Part shown: positions 25,853 through 32,000 of the stretch, piece by piece
Numbering within the stretch: the stretch's first letter is position 1
Layout: each line of letters begins with the position of its first letter
Origin: an archaeon
Lineage (GTDB): Archaea > Iainarchaeota > Iainarchaeia > Iainarchaeales > 1-14-0-10-31-34
DNA length: 32,000 bases
Assembly (NCBI GenBank): GCA_024277355.1
Contig: JAJRVL010000011.1
Coordinates: forward strand, 1 to 32,000
Direction of reading: 5' to 3'
Notes under the pieces: model-generated
Databases searched by the model: none
What the model was told of the DNA's origin: nothing
The model's input: the letters and a program-made list of their open reading frames with translations, nothing else
Program-made: the position numbers and the translations under genes

Positions 25853-26734
25853 ATGGAAATTTTTAACGCAAAAATATCCTTAGCAGGAAAAACAATTTTA
25901 ATTAAAACAAACAACAAAAAACTAAATACAATATTAAAATCATATTTTCCTGAATTCTCTTCAAAAAAAAAACCTAATTTAACAATAGAATATATTTTTA
26001 AAGAAGGGAATTTTGATTTAAATTTATTTATTGTAAAAGATGAATGGCGGTCAAAAGAAAAAATAAAAGAAACAAAAAAAAATTTGTTTTTATTTAAACA
26101 CAAAAAAGGAAAAAATGGAATGCTTATTACAGGTTATTTAGATTTAAACCGGAAAAAAAGCAAAATGAAAATAATTTCAGATAAAAATTTTTTTTGGGGT
26201 GCGTTTGTTTTTAATTTTGCTAAATGCATTTCAATTTACTTTAATGAATTTAATGCAAATTTAATTCATTCAGCAGCAATAGCAGAAAAAAACAAGGGAT
26301 TTATGTTTATTGGAAAAAATAATGCAGGAAAAAGCACAATACTTAGAATTTGCCCAGAAGCATTAAATTTAGGAGAAGACCTAAACATTTTGTTCAAAAA
26401 AGAAAAAAAATTCTTTATTCAAGCATTCCCTTTTATTATGATGATTACTGCAATAAACAAAAAAAATTCGCAACCAGTGGAAATACAAAATATTTTTTTC
26501 TTAAAAAAATCAAAAGAATTAAAGCTTAAAAAACTAAGAAAAACAGATGCAATAACCTTGATGCTTGAAAACGATATTCAGGGAACATTTAATTTCCAGC
26601 AAATAAAGACAGAAAAAAGAATATTGTTGTACCACAAACTTTTTTCAGAAATTTCTGCATTTAAAATTAATTTTCCTTTAGAAAAAAAGTTATGGAAAAA
26701 AATCAAAAAAGAACTGAAAAAACAAAAAATTTAA
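25853..26734 (+). CDS. HPr kinase C-terminal-domain-like P-loop kinase (HprK-related)
   Basis: LIHSAAIAEKNKGFMFIGKNNAGKSTILRI...LNLGEDLNILF matches the HprK-like pattern H.sav...g.g.l..G.sG.GKST followed by an acidic DD/ED. Start is ATG 25853; GTG 25826 is an alternative. Confidence 0.7.
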   Translation: MEIFNAKISLAGKTILIKTNNKKLNTILKSYFPEFSSKKKPNLTIEYIFKEGNFDLNLFIVKDEWRSKEKIKETKKNLFLFKHKKGKNGMLITGYLDLNRKKSKMKIISDKNFFWGAFVFNFAKCISIYFNEFNANLIHSAAIAEKNKGFMFIGKNNAGKSTILRICPEALNLGEDLNILFKKEKKFFIQAFPFIMMITAINKKNSQPVEIQNIFFLKKSKELKLKKLRKTDAITLMLENDIQGTFNFQQIKTEKRILLYHKLFSEISAFKINFPLEKKLWKKIKKELKKQKI

Positions 26735-26768
26735 AATTAGATTCACTTTAAACAAATAAGGAGATTAA

Positions 26769-27026
26769 ATGAATAAAGCAAAAAATATTGAATCAAGAGA
26801 AATTGACGGGGAAACAATTCTTGTCAGCCCTAAAAAAAACGAGTTCTTTATTTTAAACAAAACAGGAACATTTATATGGAAAAACATAAACGGAAAAAAC
26901 ACTGAAAAAAATATAGCAGAAAAATTAGCTAAAAAATACAATTTAAAAGAAAAAATTTCTTTAGCAGACACAAAAAAATTAATTAAAAAACTGGCTTCAA
27001 TGAAGCTTATTACAAAAAAAAATTAA
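26769..27026 (+). CDS. Stand-alone PqqD-family protein (RiPP recognition element-like)
   Basis: The 85-aa sequence is ESREIDGETILVSPKKNEFFILNKTGTFIWKNINGKNTEKNIAEKLAKKYNL...DTKKLIKKLASMKLI. It has the typical PqqD layout (3-strand wing followed by helices). AAGGAG at 26758-26763 lies upstream. Confidence 0.8.
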   Translation: MNKAKNIESREIDGETILVSPKKNEFFILNKTGTFIWKNINGKNTEKNIAEKLAKKYNLKEKISLADTKKLIKKLASMKLITKKN

Positions 27027-27047
27027 TTGTTCATCTTAAAAAATTCT

Positions 27048-28121
27048 TTATTTATTTACACTTTCTTTTGCGATTTTCTTTTTGTTTTTAAGTTCAGTTT
27101 TTGCAATTTTCTGTAATTCAATATCTTTATTTAATTCATTTAAAAGCATTTTATTAATGCTTTTTTTTTCATAAGGACTCAAACTAAAAACACAAAAATC
27201 ACATAAACTTGCATACCCTTGTAATACTTTTTTTACTTTATTCACTTTTTTAAGTTTGTTTTTTTTTGCGAGATCAAAAATAAAAGCAGGGCCTTTATGT
27301 CTCAAATAAAAAACAAAAATATTTTTTCTGTAAGCTTCAATTGATTTTTTATGTGAATCAGTATTAAAATCTGCAAACTTAAAAGCCGTATTTGATCCTT
27401 CAAATCCATTACAACAAACAAACATTTTACCATCGTGATTTATTGTTGGTTTTCCTAAGAAAGGGCATTTTTGTTTAAGCAGTTTTTTATTTGAAATAAA
27501 ATAGGTTTTATTAGAGACATTTTTAGCTGCTCTTCCTGCCGGAACAAGAATTTGACTTAACACATGAAAAGGCTTTTTATCTGCATGTATTTTAGTAAAA
27601 TATTCTTTATTATTTACTAAAAAATCCAAAAAAGAATAATCTTTTGAAACAGCAACCCTTAAAATAATTTGAAGTTTTTTATATTTCCTTGCAGCATCAA
27701 AAATATTAATTATATTTTTTTCAGGAATAAATTTAACGTGAAAATTATCTGTGCTTATATTAAGACACATTAATCCTGCAGAAACAAGCTTTGAAAGCAT
27801 TTTTTCTGTTTTTTCAGGACTTGAACCCCAAAAACCGTTGCTTATAAGTTTAGGGTTTACTTTGTTTTTTTTTGCAGCAGAAAAAAGAGCAATCATTTCA
27901 TCAAAATATAATAAAGGTTCTCCTCCTGTAAACCCTATTTCTTTTATTCCTTCTTCTTTTAACAAAGGCAAAACACTTAAACAAGTATTCAAATCTACTT
28001 TAGATGTTTCAAAAGGCCCGCAGTTATTAATACAATGATCACATTTGATATTGCATTTTTTTGTGTAAATAAATTCCAAAGAAATAATTGGATTAAATAT
28101 CTTTAAATTTTTAGTATCCAC
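27048..28121 (-). CDS. Radical SAM enzyme with C-terminal partial SPASM/twitch-like Cys motif
   Basis: CNIKCDHC is the CX3CX2C motif, and GFTGGEPLL is the SAM-binding GGE motif. The C-terminal motifs are C-x11-G-x4-CC (CPFLGKPTINHDGKMFVCC) and CDFC. Start is GTG 28121; there is no in-frame ATG upstream of the cluster motif. Confidence 0.85.
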   Translation of the reverse strand: MDTKNLKIFNPIISLEFIYTKKCNIKCDHCINNCGPFETSKVDLNTCLSVLPLLKEEGIKEIGFTGGEPLLYFDEMIALFSAAKKNKVNPKLISNGFWGSSPEKTEKMLSKLVSAGLMCLNISTDNFHVKFIPEKNIINIFDAARKYKKLQIILRVAVSKDYSFLDFLVNNKEYFTKIHADKKPFHVLSQILVPAGRAAKNVSNKTYFISNKKLLKQKCPFLGKPTINHDGKMFVCCNGFEGSNTAFKFADFNTDSHKKSIEAYRKNIFVFYLRHKGPAFIFDLAKKNKLKKVNKVKKVLQGYASLCDFCVFSLSPYEKKSINKMLLNELNKDIELQKIAKTELKNKKKIAKESVNK

Positions 28122-28253
28122 AAAAAAAAAAGAGAATGAGAACTGTTTAAAAAATTATTGAATAAACAGCAACAAGTTAGGAAACCCTTATAAAAAAACA
28201 ATAGCATATTTATTTAAATATAAACTGAGTTATATTTTAGAGGAAGTATTAAT

Positions 28254-28358
28254 ATGACTTATGAAAAACCAGCTATAAAAAAACTTAATATAAAAACAGC
28301 ATCAAGCGGAGGGACTACCTTCCTAATAGAGGTTGCACCAAGCACTACTTCAGCTTAA
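28254..28358 (+). CDS. Candidate RiPP precursor peptide (34 aa), not in the supplied ORF track
   Basis: ATG 28254 to TAA 28356-28358 encodes MTYEKPAIKKLNIKTASSGGTTFLIEVAPSTTSA. AGAGGAAG lies 8-15 nt upstream and an AT-rich TATA-like tttaaatataaa lies at 28213-28224. The ORF is divergent from the radical SAM gene (132 bp) and 25 bp upstream of the next gene. It has a YxxPxI leader motif, and the core-coding DNA is visibly GC-richer than its surroundings. Confidence 0.55.
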   Translation: MTYEKPAIKKLNIKTASSGGTTFLIEVAPSTTSA

Positions 28359-28383
28359 TTCATAAATTAAATATGTTTTGCTA

Positions 28384-29346
28384 ATGACTAAAAAAATTTT
28401 TATTCTGGCTTTAATTCTGCTCATATTTTTTTCAGGATGCACTAAAAAAACAGAAGAATCTGAAAACCAAAAAATAGACTTAAAAGAATATTCTGCGGAT
28501 TTTGAAAAAAACACAATTGAATTTACTGTATTTTCTGAAAAAGAAAATCCAAAAGTATTATTTGAAATTTTTAACTCAGAAAAAAAACTTAAATGTTTTA
28601 AATATTTTAATTTAAAAAAAGGAAAAAATCTGCTTTTAATTAACTGTCAGGAAATAACTTCAAAAAATTTATTTGTTTCAGTTACTCCTTCAAAAACAGA
28701 AACAGAAGAATTTGAAATTAAATTAAATCCAAAACCAAAACTTGAATTAAAAAAAGGATTTAAATACACATTTATTCAAAAAGCCCCTGAATATAATCTT
28801 GTTTTTGATTATGAAGTTTTTGTAATTGACAAAAATGAAGAGTTAATTAAAGTACTGTCAAAAACAGCAATAAATGAAAAAGACACATTTGATTTGCTTT
28901 TAATTGACAATAATTATTTTATTTATTCAAGCGGGCTTAAAGACACCTGTGAAGAGGCTTTTTCTTCTGAATTAACAAGAAAGTTTAATGACGATGAATC
29001 TAACATAATTTATCCTTTTATATTTTTTTATTATCAGAATAACGGCAGTTTTTTATTAAATGAATTTATTGAAAAAAGAAATTATGAAAAATATTTTCCT
29101 AAAATTAAAAAAACTGTTAAATTAACTTTAATTCAGGAAACACTCTTAAAAGGAAGAGAAACTTATGAAATAAATTTTAAGGTTTCTGAGACTCCTGCTT
29201 TTTTAGCGAATATTCAGTCAAAAGATCCTAAAATACTTCTTTATTACAAAACAGCACATACTGAATTTGAATTCAAGAAAGAAATAAAAGAAGAATTTGA
29301 TGAAGAAAAATACGGTTGTCTCAGAACAAATTTAGTGGTTGAATGA
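28384..29346 (+). CDS. Lipoprotein-like secreted hypothetical protein (321 aa)
   Basis: MTKKIFILALILLIFFSGC is a signal peptide with a lipobox-like SGC. The rest is Lys/Glu/Phe-rich with no motif I recognise. Its stop overlaps the next start (ATGA at 29343-29346). Confidence 0.7.
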   Translation: MTKKIFILALILLIFFSGCTKKTEESENQKIDLKEYSADFEKNTIEFTVFSEKENPKVLFEIFNSEKKLKCFKYFNLKKGKNLLLINCQEITSKNLFVSVTPSKTETEEFEIKLNPKPKLELKKGFKYTFIQKAPEYNLVFDYEVFVIDKNEELIKVLSKTAINEKDTFDLLLIDNNYFIYSSGLKDTCEEAFSSELTRKFNDDESNIIYPFIFFYYQNNGSFLLNEFIEKRNYEKYFPKIKKTVKLTLIQETLLKGRETYEINFKVSETPAFLANIQSKDPKILLYYKTAHTEFEFKKEIKEEFDEEKYGCLRTNLVVE

Positions 29347-29756
29347 AAGATAAATCTATTGCAGAAGCCATTAAAATATTTAAAGAAAAAAATTCAGAAA
29401 AAAAAATTAAATTAAAAACAAAAGGAAAAAGCATGTATCCTTTAATTAAAGATAATTCTGAAATTGAAGTGAAAGTTTCAACTGAAAAACTGAAAAAAGG
29501 AGATATAATTCTATACTTTAAAAATAAGAAATTTTTTGTACACAGATTACTTAAAAAAAAAGGAAAAAAACATTTGCTTAAAGGAGATAATAACTGGGAC
29601 TTTGATGAAATTACAAAAGAAAAAAATATTATAGGAAAAGTTGAAAAAATAAACGGAAAAAAAACAGATTCAATTGGCTTTGAATTAATTAAAATGCCAA
29701 TTATTGCTTATTCTTATTTTACTGGAATTATTTTAGAACAAAGGCGGAAAAAATGA
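29343..29756 (+). CDS. Sec11/S26B-type signal-peptidase-like serine protease lacking the usual N-terminal TM anchor
   Basis: KGKSMYPLI provides the catalytic Ser in the SM.P box. FFVHRLL has His where bacterial SPases have Lys, and LKGDNNWDFDE is the KGDNN box of archaeal/eukaryal Sec11. GDIILY is also present. The N-terminus is hydrophilic, and the only hydrophobic segment is C-terminal (MPIIAYSYFTGIIL-EQRRKK). Confidence 0.7.
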   Translation: MKDKSIAEAIKIFKEKNSEKKIKLKTKGKSMYPLIKDNSEIEVKVSTEKLKKGDIILYFKNKKFFVHRLLKKKGKKHLLKGDNNWDFDEITKEKNIIGKVEKINGKKTDSIGFELIKMPIIAYSYFTGIILEQRRKK

Positions 29757-30226
29757 AAATATTAATTACAGGAACTCCTGGAACAGGAAAAACAGAAATT
29801 GCAGAAATACTGAAAAAAAAATTAGGGTATAAAGTAATAAATGAAAAAGATTTTGCATTGAAAAGCAAAAGCGGAAAGAAAAAAAATAAAGAAATTGAAA
29901 TTGACGCAAAAAAATTTGAAAAAAAAATTAATGAATTCTTAAAAGAAAAAGACAACTTAATAATTGAAGGCCATGTTTTATGCGAAATGAAAATTAAAGT
30001 TGATTTAGTGTTTTTACTTAGAACTAAATCTGAATTACTGGAAAAAAGACTGAAAAAAAGAGATTATTCTGAAGTAAAGATTCTGGATAATGTTTTCTGT
30101 GAAAAAACAGGTTATTGCAAAGAAAAATCACTTAAAAATTACAAAAAAGTGATTGAAATAAAAAACGAGAAAACTTTAAACAGTTCCATACAAAAAATAA
30201 TTAAAAAAATAAAGGGGAAAAAATGA
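29753..30226 (+). CDS. Fap7/AK6-type adenylate kinase-like NTPase (small-subunit rRNA maturation factor family)
   Basis: MKILITGTPGTGKTEIAE is the P-loop. IIEGHVL, VFLLRT...LEKRLKKRDYSE.K..DN..CE match the Fap7/hCINAP pattern. It shares ATGA overlaps with both neighbours. Confidence 0.8.
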   Translation: MKILITGTPGTGKTEIAEILKKKLGYKVINEKDFALKSKSGKKKNKEIEIDAKKFEKKINEFLKEKDNLIIEGHVLCEMKIKVDLVFLLRTKSELLEKRLKKRDYSEVKILDNVFCEKTGYCKEKSLKNYKKVIEIKNEKTLNSSIQKIIKKIKGKK

Positions 30227-31365
30227 AGAAAATTGTTTTTATTTTAGTTTTATTGATGTTAAGTTTTGTTAATGCTGAAACCATTAAAGAGGAAACTTTT
30301 GCTTTGATTGGTTATTCAGATTTTTTAGTTGAAGGAACAAACCAAAAACAATGCAATGAAGTTATTTTTTATGATGAGTTTAATGGAGAAGAATTCACAA
30401 TAATTTCAATTCATTCTGAATTTGTCCCAAAAATCAAAGGAGAAGCAAATATTACTGTTCACTTAAACAATGAATTAATTTCAGTTATTGATTCAGAAAC
30501 TGAATTCGGAAGAATTATAATTAAAAAAGAAAAATTAAAGGAAAAAAACATAATTAAATTATGTGCTTTTACTTCTGATGCAATAACAAAAATTTCAGTT
30601 AAAGATGATTCAACAATAGGGAATTACAAAACAGCTTTTTTTCCTGAAGGAAGCCTTACAAAAAAAGTTTTATCTGAAGAAATAATTATAGGAAAAGAAA
30701 TTACAATTAAGACTTCATTAAAGAATTATGGGAACGAAAAAACTTCCATTGAAATCATTGACGGAGATGCAGATAGGGAAGACATTGAATTAATCAAAGG
30801 AAAAAGTTCATTTAAAGGAGAAATTCTTTCAGGAGAAGAAATTTCATTTGAATACACTTACAGATTAAAAGATGAAAGAACAAGAATTCTTCCTAATGCA
30901 AAAGCTTACTATTTGAATGAATTCGGAGAAAAAAAAGAAATTGAATCCAACTACCCTGAAATATTTCCTTTAACAAAACAGGCATTAGAACCAATAATAA
31001 TGCTGAAAAAACAAATTAATTTTATTGGAGAAGAAAGCGAAATAGAAATTGTAATAATAAACAATTCAGAAAATACAGTTTATAATGCAGAAATCAAATT
31101 AATTTCTGAAGTTATTACCGGTGAAAAAACAACTGAATTTGAATCAATCCAGCCAAAAGAAACAGTTTACTTTAAAACAAAAGCAAAATCTAATTCAGCA
31201 GGAGAATTTGAATTAAAATGCGAATTAAGTTACGGCAAAGAAAAAACTTTATGCGATAAAACAACAATCCTGTTTGAAGAAAACACAATAGACCAAAAAC
31301 TGATTATTGGAAGTGTAATGGTTTTAATTGGAATAATAATTTACAGTTACCTTTATTTAAGATAA
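30223..31365 (+). CDS. Secreted protein with C-terminal TM anchor (S-layer/CARDB-like beta-sandwich repeats, tentative)
   Basis: The signal peptide MKKIVFILVLLMLSFVNA and the C-terminal anchor LIIGSVMVLIGIIIYSYLYLR are present. Two segments (ITIKTSLKNYGNEKTSIEI... and IEIVIINNSENTVYNAEIKL...) resemble archaeal COG1361/CARDB-type domains. Confidence 0.65.
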   Translation: MKKIVFILVLLMLSFVNAETIKEETFALIGYSDFLVEGTNQKQCNEVIFYDEFNGEEFTIISIHSEFVPKIKGEANITVHLNNELISVIDSETEFGRIIIKKEKLKEKNIIKLCAFTSDAITKISVKDDSTIGNYKTAFFPEGSLTKKVLSEEIIIGKEITIKTSLKNYGNEKTSIEIIDGDADREDIELIKGKSSFKGEILSGEEISFEYTYRLKDERTRILPNAKAYYLNEFGEKKEIESNYPEIFPLTKQALEPIIMLKKQINFIGEESEIEIVIINNSENTVYNAEIKLISEVITGEKTTEFESIQPKETVYFKTKAKSNSAGEFELKCELSYGKEKTLCDKTTILFEENTIDQKLIIGSVMVLIGIIIYSYLYLR

Positions 31366-32000
31366 ATTATTTACACATCTGTTTTTCATTAAAGAATCAG
31401 AAATCATATTGCATAAACTTATGTCTTTATTTTTTTCTGCAATTCTTGTAATGCAGTCATATTTAATTGAAGGTAAAGAAAAAGCAGTGCATAAATCTGC
31501 ATTGCCTATTGATAAAGCAGCATTAAACTTGCAGGTTTCTGTTGCACTTCCTTTAATTAAACTGCATATTTCCAGGTCTTTTTCCTGTGCAGCTAATTCA
31601 ATTAAACAGGAATTTTGTTCTATTGATTCAGAAAGAGTACTGCAAATGCTTGGATCAGAAGCATTTAATGCAATTTCCTTAATACAGGAAGCCTGATCAA
31701 ATTTAGTTATAAGTTCACTGCATTTACTTAATTCCTGTGAAACAACCACATATTCTTTCCAGACTAGTCTTTTGCATTTCTCTGAATCAAGATTAACTAA
31801 CTCCTCACATAAAATATCCTTATTTGATTCAATTGCTAATTTTTGTAAACATTCATCTTTTTCCTGAATTAAAGTTTTATCCATGCATGATTCATATTTT
31901 TCTTCAGGAGTTAAAGGAATTTCTTCCTGGATACAATCTTCTTCTGAAGCAACAATACTTCCATCAGGACAAGTAAAAGTTTTTTCTTCAGTTGTTTTGG
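31357..32000 (-). CDS. Cys-pair tandem-repeat protein (5' end outside the window)
   Basis: The frame stays open from ATG 31884 upstream to the window edge (...TFTCPDGSIVASEEDCIQEEIPLTPEEKYESC-MDKT...). It contains 16 Cys with alternating spacing, mostly about 10-11 and 13 residues (with a couple of longer gaps), so the unit is about 26 aa. It overlaps the convergent gene end by 9 bp. Confidence 0.7.
   Translation of the reverse strand, partial: KTTEEKTFTCPDGSIVASEEDCIQEEIPLTPEEKYESCMDKTLIQEKDECLQKLAIESNKDILCEELVNLDSEKCKRLVWKEYVVVSQELSKCSELITKFDQASCIKEIALNASDPSICSTLSESIEQNSCLIELAAQEKDLEICSLIKGSATETCKFNAALSIGNADLCTAFSLPSIKYDCITRIAEKNKDISLCNMISDSLMKNRCVNNLS

Noticed and set aside
28306-28321. 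The GC-rich patch inside the 34-aa ORF interpreted as a small structured RNA (hairpin GGAGGG-acta-CCTTCC) instead of coding sequence
   Set aside because: The hairpin is only 6 bp including a G-U pair. The ORF has a start, an SD-like box, a leader motif and a suggestive context. This reading is not fully excluded; comparative analysis of synonymous versus nonsynonymous change would decide it.
11735-31696. Other short nested ORFs: 11735..11992, 12164..12439, 13426..13617, 14689..14892, 15359..15586, 16603..16809, 18283..18546, 20326..20514, 21256..21441, 23683..23904, 25777..26103, 26765..26971, 27751..28038, 29728..29955, 31409..31696
   Set aside because: Each is embedded antisense in a longer gene that carries recognisable motifs or better coding features. 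None has an SD or a recognisable domain.
1-32000. CRISPR arrays, tRNA/rRNA genes, IS elements, transposases, integrases and toxin-antitoxin or known defence systems
   Set aside because: I found no regularly spaced direct repeats, no GC-rich structured-RNA islands of tRNA or rRNA size, no terminal inverted repeats flanking a transposase-like ORF, and no recognisable nuclease or defence motifs in either strand.

Overview
Very AT-rich (by eye about 25-30% GC), densely coded archaeal chromosome segment. The gene content (Orc1/Cdc6, SepF, Hel308, NAC, long FKBP, proteasome beta, aCPSF1/FttA, Fap7-type kinase), the GGTGA Shine-Dalgarno boxes and the giant surface proteins suggest a small-genome DPANN-type archaeon; this is inference. 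TAA, TAG and TGA all terminate genes here, so the code is standard. The window falls into three blocks. (1) 1-1683 holds sepF and orc1, and 1684-10845 is a translationally coupled minus-strand surface operon of two paralogous Gly-rich secreted proteins plus a 2034-aa membrane-anchored giant protein. (2) 10912-21656 is mostly housekeeping. (3) 21944-32000 is accessory. It starts with GT-C-like and GT1 glycosyltransferases, followed by a compact peptide-modification-like locus: an NTP_transf_5-like nucleotidyltransferase, an HprK-like kinase, a stand-alone PqqD/RRE and a radical SAM enzyme with a partial SPASM motif. Divergent from the radical SAM gene is a 34-aa ORF absent from the ORF track. 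Its leader matches the lasso-type YxxPx(L/I) RRE-binding motif with canonical spacing, and its predicted core has Gly1/Glu7 and no Cys. That ORF heads an ATGA-coupled operon (lipoprotein, anchor-less Sec11-like peptidase, Fap7 kinase, S-layer-like protein). No lasso cyclase or B2 protease is in the window, so I read this as a candidate undescribed RiPP-like system; that is a hypothesis, not a demonstration. Four genes are interrupted: two by in-frame TAA and two by 1-nt homopolymer frameshifts of the same sign. I recognised no rRNA, tRNA, CRISPR or IS element. All domain calls come from motif recognition by eye; no database search was possible.
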